Assembly (NCBI GenBank): GCA_035341815.1
Contig: DAOQVZ010000005.1
Span: 1-42,041 of the forward strand
Length of the DNA: 42,041 nucleotides
Reading direction: 5' to 3'
Source: a bacterium
Lineage (GTDB): Bacteria; Ratteibacteria; UBA8468; B48-G9; JAFGKM01
Part shown: positions 26,497 to 35,699 of the stretch, one piece after another
Layout: each line of letters begins with the position of its first letter
How positions within the stretch are numbered: the first letter of the stretch is position 1
The notes under the pieces: model-generated
Database searches by the model: none
The model's input: only the letters and a program-made list of their open reading frames with translations
What the model was told of the DNA's origin: nothing
Translations under genes and position numbers: made by a program

Positions 26497-27390
26497 ATGA
26501 TTATAGATATTCATACCCATACGGCTAAGAAGAGGCATCCAAAACTTACGCGCGTCACAGGCAACGGGAGGTCTTATCCGACTCCGGAAAGACTCGTGGA
26601 GATGCTTGACGCAGAAGGAACGGACATGGCGGTACTCCTGCCTCTTGTGAGCCCCGAATGCAGGTATACCCTTGTCATTCCGGAGGAAATTATAGAAATA
26701 GCGTCAAAATATCCCAAGAGATTCATACCTTTTTGCAACTTTGACCCCCGGTTTCTGAGAAACAGCGTTGACGCAGATTTCACGCCCCTGCTCAATGTAT
26801 ACAAGGAACTCGGATGCAAGGGAATAGGCGAATACATTCCCAATATTCCTTTCGACGACCCGTTGAACATGAACTTTTTCAGATATGTCGAGGAGAGCGG
26901 ACTTCCCCTCACGTTTCACATGGCTCCGAGAAAGGGCCGGTGTTACGGAGTTATCGACGAACTGGGCCTTCCCCGGCTGGAAAAAGTTCTTAAAACATTT
27001 CCCAAAATGGTCCTGCTTGCCCATTCGCAGACTTTCTGGTCGGAAATAAGCAGCGACGTGGATGAAACAACAAGGGGAGGATATCCGAAAGGGAGAGTCA
27101 CACCGGGAAGAGTTGTGGAACTCATGCGCAGGTATCCCAACCTTCACGGAGACCTTTCGGCAGGAAGCGGCTTCAATGCAATCAGCCGCGACCCTGAATT
27201 CGGATACAGGTTCATGGAAGAGTTCCAGGACAGGCTGTACTTTGGCACTGATATTGCATCAGACCTACAGGAAAATCCCTGCGTTCCTTACTTCAAAAAA
27301 CTGAAAGAGTCAAAGTTAATACCGGAAGATGTATATGAAAAAATCATGTGGAGAAATGCAAACAACCTGTTGGAACTGGGACTGGTCTGA
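26497..27390 (+). CDS. Amidohydrolase-superfamily (TIM-barrel metal-dependent) hydrolase
   Basis: 297 aa. MIIDIHTHT gives the N-terminal HxH metal motif; later HM, AHSQ and a FGTD-type aspartate fit amidohydrolase-2-like enzymes. RBS AAAGGAG. Confidence 0.8.
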   Translation: MIIDIHTHTAKKRHPKLTRVTGNGRSYPTPERLVEMLDAEGTDMAVLLPLVSPECRYTLVIPEEIIEIASKYPKRFIPFCNFDPRFLRNSVDADFTPLLNVYKELGCKGIGEYIPNIPFDDPLNMNFFRYVEESGLPLTFHMAPRKGRCYGVIDELGLPRLEKVLKTFPKMVLLAHSQTFWSEISSDVDETTRGGYPKGRVTPGRVVELMRRYPNLHGDLSAGSGFNAISRDPEFGYRFMEEFQDRLYFGTDIASDLQENPCVPYFKKLKESKLIPEDVYEKIMWRNANNLLELGLV

Positions 27391-27409
27391 TTTTTTCATG
27401 CCCGGGGAT

Positions 27410-28204
27410 TTAAGATGTTACCGCTCTTATTATTTCCAGTTCCCATTTTTTACGTATCTGTTCAAGCTCGTTTTTATCCGCCTTTGAATCGGTAATCAGT
27501 CTTTTTATATTTTTTATTTTCTGAAAACTTTCGGACTGGATGAGAGAATTCTTGCCTATCTTGGAAGAAGACGCGAGCAGGTTGACGATTCCCGAATTTT
27601 TTATCACGATATCCTGGATTTCTGAAGCATAGTGGTCTTTTTCTGTAAGTCCGAGTTTTGAAGAAATACCTTCAACCCTGAGAAAAGACTGGTCAAAATA
27701 CATGCGTTCAAGCCTTATTCTCGCATAACTTCCCGAGAAACCCATCAATTCATTCCCGTACATCCCTCCCAAAACGAATGTTTCCACATTCTCATTGTTG
27801 ATAAGTTCCGATATCGCAGGCATTGAATTGGTCACCACCACGATTCCCAACCCAATTTTTCTGATGAGCCTGCTCAATTCAAATACTGTCGTGCCGATAT
27901 CCAAAAATATTGTCTGTCCTTCTTTTATCAGGGAAAAAGCTTTGGCTGCTATGGCCCTTTTTTCAAGCCTGTTTTTACTTGTATTCTCTCCGAAACCGCA
28001 GTCCTTTGCGAAGTCTCTTTTTTTTAGAAGTGCCCCGCCGTAAGTCGTTGATAAAACATTTTCTTTTTCAAGTTCTTTAAGATATTTTCTTGCCGTCACT
28101 TCCGATACCTTCAAAATATTCGTTATCTCGGATACGGCCAATTTCCCTTTCTGCTGTATCAATTCCCTTATTATTTCTTTCTTTTTTATGCCTTCTATTC
28201 CCAT
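27410..28204 (-). CDS. DeoR/GlpR-family transcriptional regulator
   Basis: 264 aa with an N-terminal wHTH (LAVSEITNILKVSEVTARKYLKELEKENVL) and a C-terminal DeoR sugar-phosphate-sensor-like region (IFLDIGTT...VVTNS). Confidence 0.85.
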   Translation of the reverse strand: MGIEGIKKKEIIRELIQQKGKLAVSEITNILKVSEVTARKYLKELEKENVLSTTYGGALLKKRDFAKDCGFGENTSKNRLEKRAIAAKAFSLIKEGQTIFLDIGTTVFELSRLIRKIGLGIVVVTNSMPAISELINNENVETFVLGGMYGNELMGFSGSYARIRLERMYFDQSFLRVEGISSKLGLTEKDHYASEIQDIVIKNSGIVNLLASSSKIGKNSLIQSESFQKIKNIKRLITDSKADKNELEQIRKKWELEIIRAVTS

Positions 28205-28304
28205 GTTATGATTTTAAGATGTCCGACCTTAAATGTCAAATTACGTGTGCAACCAGTATGATGCCCAATAAAAAACAGATGCTGAATAGGACTAAAACAT
28301 GAGT

Positions 28305-28339
28305 TCCTGAATAAAAGCTTTTCAGGATGACAAACTTAA
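28305..28339 (+). repeat. Copy 2 of the ~35-bp hairpin-containing repeat
   Basis: TCCTGAATAAAAGCTTTTCAGGATGACAAACTTAA; see 26181-26215. A second hairpin, ACCCTGAG-N9-CTCAGGGT, follows at ~28352-28376. Confidence 0.85.
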
Positions 28340-28413
28340 CCTTTTCTTGTCACCCTGAGATGTTTTTGCTCAGGGTCTGTTGTTGAGACACTAAATAAAA
28401 GCATACCCGATTG

Positions 28414-29397
28414 TCAGTCGGGAGTAATATTTTTTTTGATGGCAAATTTTATCAGCTCTGTAATATTGTGTATATGAAGTTTGTTCATGATATTATACTT
28501 GTGCGTTCTTGCCGTACGAACGGAAATATTCAATTTCATCGCTATTTCTTTTGGATTTAAGCCGGAAGCTATCAGATAAAGGACTTCTACCTCTTTTCTG
28601 GTCAAGGGTGCGATTTGGGATGCGGAATCTGAAAAGTCCGGCCTGGATACTCCAAAGTTATACTTGTAATCTGCCTGCGGGTCAAAAACAATCGCCTGCA
28701 CAGCCCATCCTCCGTCTATTTTGACCCTCGTTACTTCTGCAAAATAGCAGCCTTTCGTACCGTCAATTTTATTAAACCGCCGTTTTACCGTTACCTTGGG
28801 TTTTATACCGCTTATTAAACTTTCATAGTTTTCTTTAAACACAGCGCGTTCATCTTCGGGCACAAAATCTATGACATCCCTGTCAATGACTTCCAGGGAA
28901 GATTTTGCACCCAGCATGTCTGCAAATACCTGGTTTGCATATATAATACGGTAGCCGTTTGTCAGGCAGATACCATACCCCACCATTTCTGCAAGATGCT
29001 GGTATACCGACTGCCAGTCGGTAATTTCACTCTTTATTTTTTTCCTGTCCCTCAAAAAACCTATTCCCAGGGTGTTTCCTTCATGTTCGATGATTTTGGA
29101 AGCTATATCCACGAAAAATATCATGCCGTCTCTATGCACGAAAGGTATATCGCTGTAGTATTGGAGACCTTTAGACTTCAAATTCCTGCAAATTTCCATT
29201 ATTAATTGTTTCTGTTTGACGGGATGAAAATCAATGATACTCTTTCCCAGCATATTGTCTTTTGTGTATCCCAGCATATCTTCAGCAGCATTGTTGGCAT
29301 CCACAATTTCCATGGTATCTAAGTTGAAAACAATTATTCCATCATGGAAACCCTGCAGTATCTTTGAAGCCAGCTTTTTCAAGCAGGATGAACCCAT
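28414..29397 (-). CDS. PAS-domain sensor fused to a LuxR-type HTH (one-component regulator, no receiver domain)
   Basis: The C-terminal LTRKEVEVLYLIASGLNPKEIAMKLNISVRTARTHKYNIMNKL is a LuxR/GerE HTH. Two PAS-like segments lie upstream (IIVFNLDTMEIVDANNAAEDMLGY...; ICLTNGYRIIYANQVFADMLG...). Start set at ATG 29397 (AAGGAGAG RBS); the ORF-track start 29421 is a TTG. Confidence 0.85.
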   Translation of the reverse strand: MGSSCLKKLASKILQGFHDGIIVFNLDTMEIVDANNAAEDMLGYTKDNMLGKSIIDFHPVKQKQLIMEICRNLKSKGLQYYSDIPFVHRDGMIFFVDIASKIIEHEGNTLGIGFLRDRKKIKSEITDWQSVYQHLAEMVGYGICLTNGYRIIYANQVFADMLGAKSSLEVIDRDVIDFVPEDERAVFKENYESLISGIKPKVTVKRRFNKIDGTKGCYFAEVTRVKIDGGWAVQAIVFDPQADYKYNFGVSRPDFSDSASQIAPLTRKEVEVLYLIASGLNPKEIAMKLNISVRTARTHKYNIMNKLHIHNITELIKFAIKKNITPD

Positions 29398-29466
29398 AAT
29401 CTCTCTCCTTGTTAATTTCAAGTTGACTGAAGCTATTGTTATGAGCTTAATGCAACAGAAAATTAT

Positions 29467-30174
29467 TCATTCCGCTTTTAACTGTCCCCTTACAGACTGG
29501 CGTGAACGACCGAGAGCAAAGTTCTCCACTGCAAATGTTTCTTCACCTGCATTGTTCTCAAGTTCCAGTTTAACTGAGATATCAACCATTCCCTCCGCTT
29601 TTTTCAGTTCAGGGAAATAAGACAGGTCCAGGTTAATCTCGACGGTTGAAAAATTGGATTCAATATCCCTTATCAGCCTTTTCCTGTTGAGTAAAAGATT
29701 TTCAAATTCTTTCCTTTTATCGGTATTGAGCCTTTTCCCATCAGCCGTATTTTTTTTGAACTCATCGAATCTCCCTTCCAATTCCTCCAGCTGCTGCAAA
29801 ACATTGCCCAGGGGCAGGAGTTTCTTCTCAAATACATTTGTTTTCACTTTCACGGGATCCTTCTCTGCAACCCTTTTTTCGCCGACAGAAGAAGAGTTGG
29901 ACGTGTAAACAACGGTATGGGAAGATGCGGAAACTGAAAGTTTTTTTACAGATATGTATTCTTTGCCGGCGTTTGCAATGTAGATGGTCTCGGTGTGGAC
30001 CGGAGACGTGCGGAGCAGATGGCCGAAATCACCCATGGAAAAAATGATGCCGTTATTTATCCTGTACCTGGGCTGTGTGTCGGCGTAAGACAAGGTTCCC
30101 ACGTAAAGTAAAGACGCTAAAAATAAGGAGGTGAGGATGCAGAATCTCAAGGTTTTTTTCCCTGTGGTATTCAA
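29467..30174 (-). CDS. Secreted protein corresponding to the stand-alone N-terminal module of the 1065-aa PHP-dockerin protein
   Basis: 235 aa, apparent TTG start with a GGGAGAAG RBS, hydrophobic signal segment. It aligns by eye with residues ~1-250 of 8318-11515 (FEKKLLPLGNVLQQLEELEG vs FEKPLLPMGEKLEELEKV; IESNFSTVEINLDLSYFPEL vs IESSFAETAITIDLSQFPAL). Confidence 0.7.
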   Translation of the reverse strand: MNTTGKKTLRFCILTSLFLASLLYVGTLSYADTQPRYRINNGIIFSMGDFGHLLRTSPVHTETIYIANAGKEYISVKKLSVSASSHTVVYTSNSSSVGEKRVAEKDPVKVKTNVFEKKLLPLGNVLQQLEELEGRFDEFKKNTADGKRLNTDKRKEFENLLLNRKRLIRDIESNFSTVEINLDLSYFPELKKAEGMVDISVKLELENNAGEETFAVENFALGRSRQSVRGQLKAE

Positions 30175-30447
30175 GATTCTTCTCCCTGCTTTTTTAATAC
30201 AAGTGCATCCTGCAAAAAGAAACAGTTATCAGACACTCTTTATTGTAAATTAAGACTGCCCTTTTTGTCAACTGCCGGACTGATTCATTAATAAAATCCG
30301 CAAAAAAATACTAATCTAAACCATCCAACAGTTTCTAAATACTTCCAGAATTTGTGCCAGGCATAACCGCTATTTGACAAATGGAATACAAATATGATAA
30401 CTTCTTCAAACAACAGAGAGTATGTTTCTTTTTTTATACAAAAGAAA

Positions 30448-31467
30448 ATGGAAAAGATAAAAACCGCCGTACTCGGATACGGGCGAAGCGGGGGCTCCCT
30501 GCACGCCGGGCCCATAGAAAAACTGGAACAGTTTGAAATGGCTGCCGTCTGCGATATAGACCCGCAGAGGCGCAGGCTGGCGTCCGAAAGGTTCGGATGC
30601 CCGGTCTACGAGAATTACCACGAGATGCTTGAAAAGGAAAAGCTCGACCTGGTCTGCATTGTCACCCGCAGCAACCAGCACTGCGAAATGACCTGTGACT
30701 GCCTTAAAGCCGGCGTAAACGTACTTGTTACAAAACCATGGGCGGCAAATGGCGCCGAAGCCGGTCGCATGGTGGCGGCAGAGAAGGAATCCGGAAAGAA
30801 GCTTTTGCCGTGGCTGCCGGCAAGATGGGGTTCCGATTTGAAAAGGCTTAAAGAGCTGAAGAGTGAAAACGCTGTCGGGAATATTTTTCTCATCCGCAGA
30901 GCCGTCTCCACATTCAGTACGCGGTGCGACTGGCAGACTGAGAAGAGGTTTGCAGGCGGATACCTTTTAAACTGGGGGCCCCACATAGTAGAGCCGCCCA
31001 TTCTGCTGGCCGGAGGCAAGGTGAAAAGCGTATTCGGACAGCTCCGGCAGATAATAAACCCCGGGGACACAGAAGACGTGTTTATCGCCCTGATAACCAT
31101 GGATAACGGTATTATCGTCCAGGCCGAGTTTACCATTTCGGTCAAGGAGATGCCTTCATGGACAATCCAGGGAGACATGGGAACGATAACCGTAAAGGAT
31201 AGAAATCTCACGATGGTTACAAACGTGCCTGCGCGTCCCGATGACCCGAAGCGCATGTCTAAAGCCGCAGCAGAGGATAACAAAACCACCGTAGAAACTC
31301 TCGGCCCAGACCTGTACGGCGACGCACACGTAATTTACGGTGAAATAGCGGCCGCCCTGAGAGGGGAAAGAGAGTTCCCCGTGACTTCCGGGGATGCGCT
31401 TGAACTCTCCCGCATCCTGGACGCAATACGCACCTCGCACACGGAAAACCGGGTCGTAAACCTGTAA
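30448..31467 (+). CDS. Gfo/Idh/MocA-family NAD(P)-dependent oxidoreductase
   Basis: MEKIKTAVLGYGRSG is the Rossmann start, with EKLDLVCIVTRSNQH and VLVTKPWA typical of the family. Start moved from ORF-track 30394 to 30448 to match the family N-terminus. Confidence 0.82.
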   Translation: MEKIKTAVLGYGRSGGSLHAGPIEKLEQFEMAAVCDIDPQRRRLASERFGCPVYENYHEMLEKEKLDLVCIVTRSNQHCEMTCDCLKAGVNVLVTKPWAANGAEAGRMVAAEKESGKKLLPWLPARWGSDLKRLKELKSENAVGNIFLIRRAVSTFSTRCDWQTEKRFAGGYLLNWGPHIVEPPILLAGGKVKSVFGQLRQIINPGDTEDVFIALITMDNGIIVQAEFTISVKEMPSWTIQGDMGTITVKDRNLTMVTNVPARPDDPKRMSKAAAEDNKTTVETLGPDLYGDAHVIYGEIAAALRGEREFPVTSGDALELSRILDAIRTSHTENRVVNL

Positions 31468-31495
31468 AATAATTCTTTTAAAGGACTCAATTGAC

Positions 31496-32647
31496 ATGAA
31501 CGGCAGAGACAGGATTTTAACGGCGCTTCAGCATAAGGAACCGGACAGGGTTCCTTTTGACATGGGGAGTTCCTTTGTTACGGGCATTACAAAAAACGCC
31601 TATTTAAACCTCGCCCGTTATATGGGGATTGATGCGGGGGAAACCGTTTTTTGCGATACCGTGCAGCAACTGTGCGAACCAGGAGAAAGGATATTGAGAC
31701 AACTGGAGGTTGATACAAGAGGACTGGTACCCCATGTAGGAAGGAAAAACCCCGACATTGAGGCTGTTTTAGGAAAGGGAAAGACGTTCACCGACGAATG
31801 GGGAATAAAATGGACAATGCCGAAGGACGGCCTCTATTTTGACTTAACGGGAAGTCCCCTGTCTGGTGATATTACGGAAAAAGATGTTGAGAATTTCCCA
31901 TGGCCGGATTCCACACTGCCTTCGCTTTTTGAGAACCTTGACGAAAAAGCTCAAAGATATTACCAAGAAGGATATGCGGTGATGCTGGAAAGTTTCGGTT
32001 CCGGAATTTTTGAAATGAGCTGCCGGATAAGAGGGTACGAACAGTTTTACATGGACCTTGCGATGAATCCGTCTATCGCCTGCGCTATAATGGATAAATT
32101 CCTGGAGATGAAGATTAAATTTTATAAAGCGGCTGCCGAAAAAATGGGCCAATACATCCAGTTTGTAAGGGAAGGCGACGACATGGGAAGCCAGGAGAGC
32201 CTGCTAATCTCAAGGAAAATGTACTCGGATTACCTGAAACCCAGGCATAAAACATTGTTTGATGCACAGAAAAAGATTTTTTCCCGGCCCTTCTATACTT
32301 TCTTCCACTCGGACGGCGCTATTTATGAGCTGATACCTGATTTTATAGAAATCGGAGCGGACATACTGAATCCCGTCCAGGTAACAGACAAAGGAGTTAC
32401 ACTGGAACGGTTGAAAAAGGAATTCGGCAGGGAGCTCTCTTTCTGGGGAGGAGGCATTGATACCCAGCACGTCCTGCCTGCCGCAAGCCCGGCAAAGGTA
32501 AAGGAAGATGTTAAAAAAAGGATAGAAGCCCTGGCTCCCGGCGGAGGGTTTGTTTTCAATACCATACATAACATACAGGACGACGTTCCACCGGAAAATA
32601 TTGCCGCCATGCATGAAGCCCTTATGGAATACGGGAAATATTATTGA
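31496..32647 (+). CDS. Uroporphyrinogen decarboxylase (URO-D) family protein, copy 1
   Basis: 383 aa. RILTALQHKEPDRVPFDMGS at the N-terminus and HSDG...ADILNPVQ...FWGGIDTQ...PGGGFVF at the C-terminus match URO-D/MtaA-like TIM-barrel proteins. Confidence 0.8.
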   Translation: MNGRDRILTALQHKEPDRVPFDMGSSFVTGITKNAYLNLARYMGIDAGETVFCDTVQQLCEPGERILRQLEVDTRGLVPHVGRKNPDIEAVLGKGKTFTDEWGIKWTMPKDGLYFDLTGSPLSGDITEKDVENFPWPDSTLPSLFENLDEKAQRYYQEGYAVMLESFGSGIFEMSCRIRGYEQFYMDLAMNPSIACAIMDKFLEMKIKFYKAAAEKMGQYIQFVREGDDMGSQESLLISRKMYSDYLKPRHKTLFDAQKKIFSRPFYTFFHSDGAIYELIPDFIEIGADILNPVQVTDKGVTLERLKKEFGRELSFWGGGIDTQHVLPAASPAKVKEDVKKRIEALAPGGGFVFNTIHNIQDDVPPENIAAMHEALMEYGKYY

Positions 32648-32666
32648 TATAGGAATAGGGAAGAAA

Positions 32667-33692
32667 ATGGACCACAAAGAAAGGTTTTTTGCCACTGTCA
32701 ACAGGGAAAAGGTGGACAGGCCGGCATCATGGCTGGGTCTGCCGACACCTGAAGCCGAAAAAGGACTTCTGGAATATTTCGGAGTAAAAGATATTGACGG
32801 GCTGAAAAGAAAACTCAATGACGATATATATCCCGTAAACGTTCCTTACGACAACCCTCCGTCAAACCATATTGCATGCGCGTTTGACTTTGCAATAAAA
32901 GGAGGGTCATCAGATTACGAAAAAAGGACATTAACTGCTCCGGGTTTTTTCATGGAGATGTCGGACCCTGCCTCAATGGAAGATTTCAACTGGCCGGAGC
33001 CAGCCGCCCACATGTCCGCTGAAAATTGCCGCCAGGCAATAGGAAAAGCTCCTGCGGACATGGCTGTCCTGGGAATAATATGGGCGGCCCATTTCCAGGA
33101 CGCCTGTTCGGCTTTCGGGATGGAAACCGCACTGGTAAAGATGATATCCGAACCGGAAATGTTCACTGCCATAATAGACAGGATAACCGATTTTTACCTG
33201 AAAGCCGGAGATATTTTTTACCAGGCGGGAAAAGGGAAACTGGATGCGGTCCTCATAGGAAACGATTTCGGCAGCCAGACACGGCTGATGCTTTCTCCCC
33301 AACTGTTAAGAAGGTTCGTTTTCCCGGGTACGGAAAAACTGATAAGGCAGGCAAAATCTTACGGTCTGAAGGTCATCCACCATTCATGCGGCTCTGTCGT
33401 GGATGTGATTAACGACCTTATTAATATCGGAACGGATGTTATCCATCCCATACAGGCGCTTGCCTCGGGAATGGAACCGTCCAACCTCAAGGACCTTTTT
33501 GGCAACAGGGTTTCTTTCTGCGGAGGGGTGGATGCCCAGAACCTTCTTGTAAGGGGCACTCCCGGAGAAGTCCGGGCAAAGGTGAGAGAACTTAAAAACA
33601 TCTTTCCCACAGGCTGTATTATCTCTCCAAGCCATGAAGCCGTGCTGGCAGATATTCCCCCTGCAAACATTGAAGCGATTTTCACTGATTAA
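32667..33692 (+). CDS. URO-D family protein, copy 2
   Basis: Start at ATG 32667 (AGGGAAG RBS), 20 nt after copy 1. RFFATVNREKVDRPASW...HHSCGSV...TDVIHPIQ...FCGGVDAQ parallels copy 1. Confidence 0.8.
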   Translation: MDHKERFFATVNREKVDRPASWLGLPTPEAEKGLLEYFGVKDIDGLKRKLNDDIYPVNVPYDNPPSNHIACAFDFAIKGGSSDYEKRTLTAPGFFMEMSDPASMEDFNWPEPAAHMSAENCRQAIGKAPADMAVLGIIWAAHFQDACSAFGMETALVKMISEPEMFTAIIDRITDFYLKAGDIFYQAGKGKLDAVLIGNDFGSQTRLMLSPQLLRRFVFPGTEKLIRQAKSYGLKVIHHSCGSVVDVINDLINIGTDVIHPIQALASGMEPSNLKDLFGNRVSFCGGVDAQNLLVRGTPGEVRAKVRELKNIFPTGCIISPSHEAVLADIPPANIEAIFTD

Positions 33693-33776
33693 ACCTTACC
33701 TCTTTCAACCGCTGTCTGTTTCATGGAAGCAGAAAAAGCAGCCTGTCCCCTTTTTCTTTTTTATCCGTGTCCTTAT

Positions 33777-35699
33777 CTATCCACCCACGTAGACGGCCTT
33801 GTCGAATACGAAGTTGAGGATATTCTCTATTACCATCCAGCTGATGTTGCCCAGTATAAGGCCGAGGAAAAATGGAACGCTCTTGTTGTAGACGTTGTGG
33901 CCGCCGAACTTGAGTATAAGGCCCTTTATCAGCCATGCAAGGAAAATGGCGAACCACCAGTATTGAAGAGGCTGGGATTCTGCAATGGGAAAACCTATGA
34001 AATGGACCGGCCACCAGAGAAACCTGGAATGCAGGAAAATCAGGCCGCTCATGACCGCCGCCCCTATGCCGGTGAACACGTAACGGGAGATAATTATATC
34101 CCTGGTTATGGGGTTGGTTATCTTGGGAACGATAAAATTGGCTATGACCCTGGCCATGGACCCTCCGAAAAACCACGGGCCGGCTCCTCCCCCGCCGCCG
34201 TCCGATATGTTGAGGGCTCCCATATGGTAGGCGGCATGGATATACATCCATGCGGCCGAAATGTATGAAATGATTATGGCCGATATAATCCCGGCAAAAA
34301 GTATCTTCCTTGGAATACGGGCTTCCTCCTGTATCCGCAGTGAATGGCCCGTGGAAGCCATTATGGAGGTGCGGATATCGCCGGCCCAGCTGTACTGCAA
34401 CCCCATGACAACGTAGCCCTGGGGAGAAACAAGCCCGGGCGGCAGAAGGTGCGCAGTATACGCCGGAGGCGTACACTGTGCCTGGGCGGCAGGAAGCCCC
34501 ACCTGGCATACTATCCGGGTAAGACCCACAAATACCACCAGAACAAAAAACATAAAGAGGATGGAAGGTATCCACGGCATACCGAATGCCCTTAAAAAGA
34601 ATACCATCCCTGCAAAAGCTGCACATGCTCCTATGACGGCTGTCCTGTAGGTAAGCATCTCGCCGGAATCGTCAACGCCCGGAGCTCCAAAAAACGCCTT
34701 TCTAACACATTCGTAAAGATGCTTGCGGGCACGCCATACCAGAGCTAAAGCGAGAACAAGCATGGCGCCTCCTCCTTCAAAAGTGGTGGCAGCCGAACGA
34801 CCGCAAAAATGCTCGTTTGTGCCCGGCAGTATGAATCCGCTTACGCTGAATAACCCCGTCTGCAAAGAAAATAATACGTGGAAAAGCCAGAGTGACAGGG
34901 AAACACTCCGGGGAATAAGATATGCAAAACCTATTATGGGAAAGTGTGGAGTCAACCTCATGGTTATCGCCTTTCTCATGAGGACTATGCGGCCCGTAAG
35001 TTTAATCATGGAAGTTCCGGTGGACGCGGCCGATAACCAGTTGGCCAGGTAATAAAGAAATACCAGGGAGAATGCAAGCCAGAACAGTTTGTTTTTGAAA
35101 AGGCGGGGTATGCGGCTGCCGTTTTCCTTTTTGACCATTTCAAGAGGTAATATTGTGAGAGGATATATAAGCTTTTCTTTTTCTACCCACTGCTTGCGGA
35201 AAAGTACCATGATGCAGATACTTAAAACGGCGAAGACCAGCACAAAAAGCAGGACGAACCCCATGGGCGCCAGCCATGCATCATAAGGCACCGGGGTTCC
35301 GGGCGGGAGGCCTTCGTAAAAATATTTCACCGCATTTTCATCCTGTACCATGAGCAAGGGAAATGCCCTGTCAACGATATATTCCTGCCAGTGGTTTACC
35401 GAAGTTGCAAAATATTTAAGGCCGGATACCACGGGTATGAAGGAAGCCATGAAACCCATGCTGGGAAGCACCGAAGAAGTAGCTGCCATGATATATATGA
35501 GAAGCAGTTCGGATGTCTTAAGTTCAAAAACCCTGTGGAGGCATGATAGCAGAAGGATTATAAAAAGGCCGAATATGGCGGCAGGCGCCCAGTATTCCCA
35601 GCAGAACCTTCCCGAAAGCCCCTTTAGCATGAGGTACGGGTCCAATATACCTATACCTGCAGAAAAAATCATTCCTATGAAAAACGCCCTTTTTCTCAT
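33777..35699 (-). CDS. Large polytopic integral membrane protein (many predicted TM segments), putative transporter of unknown family
   Basis: 640 aa, hydrophobic throughout with periodic ~20-aa apolar stretches. I recognised no ABC, MFS or TonB signature. Confidence 0.8.
   Translation of the reverse strand: MRKRAFFIGMIFSAGIGILDPYLMLKGLSGRFCWEYWAPAAIFGLFIILLLSCLHRVFELKTSELLLIYIMAATSSVLPSMGFMASFIPVVSGLKYFATSVNHWQEYIVDRAFPLLMVQDENAVKYFYEGLPPGTPVPYDAWLAPMGFVLLFVLVFAVLSICIMVLFRKQWVEKEKLIYPLTILPLEMVKKENGSRIPRLFKNKLFWLAFSLVFLYYLANWLSAASTGTSMIKLTGRIVLMRKAITMRLTPHFPIIGFAYLIPRSVSLSLWLFHVLFSLQTGLFSVSGFILPGTNEHFCGRSAATTFEGGGAMLVLALALVWRARKHLYECVRKAFFGAPGVDDSGEMLTYRTAVIGACAAFAGMVFFLRAFGMPWIPSILFMFFVLVVFVGLTRIVCQVGLPAAQAQCTPPAYTAHLLPPGLVSPQGYVVMGLQYSWAGDIRTSIMASTGHSLRIQEEARIPRKILFAGIISAIIISYISAAWMYIHAAYHMGALNISDGGGGGAGPWFFGGSMARVIANFIVPKITNPITRDIIISRYVFTGIGAAVMSGLIFLHSRFLWWPVHFIGFPIAESQPLQYWWFAIFLAWLIKGLILKFGGHNVYNKSVPFFLGLILGNISWMVIENILNFVFDKAVYVGG

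Noticed and set aside
29398-29421. Longer TTG-initiated start of the PAS-LuxR ORF
   Set aside because: An internal ATG at 29397 has a well-spaced AAGGAGAG RBS. The TTG extension has none.
30615-31289. 224-aa minus-strand ORF
   Set aside because: Antisense to the Gfo/Idh/MocA gene.
32210-32818. 202-aa minus-strand ORF spanning the junction of the two URO-D genes
   Set aside because: Antisense to two genes with recognisable family motifs.
33721-34626. 301-aa minus-strand ORF rich in R/G/P/H
   Set aside because: It is an alternative frame of the same strand as the 640-aa membrane protein. Its composition is typical of an off-frame read, while the membrane-protein frame is continuous and hydrophobic.
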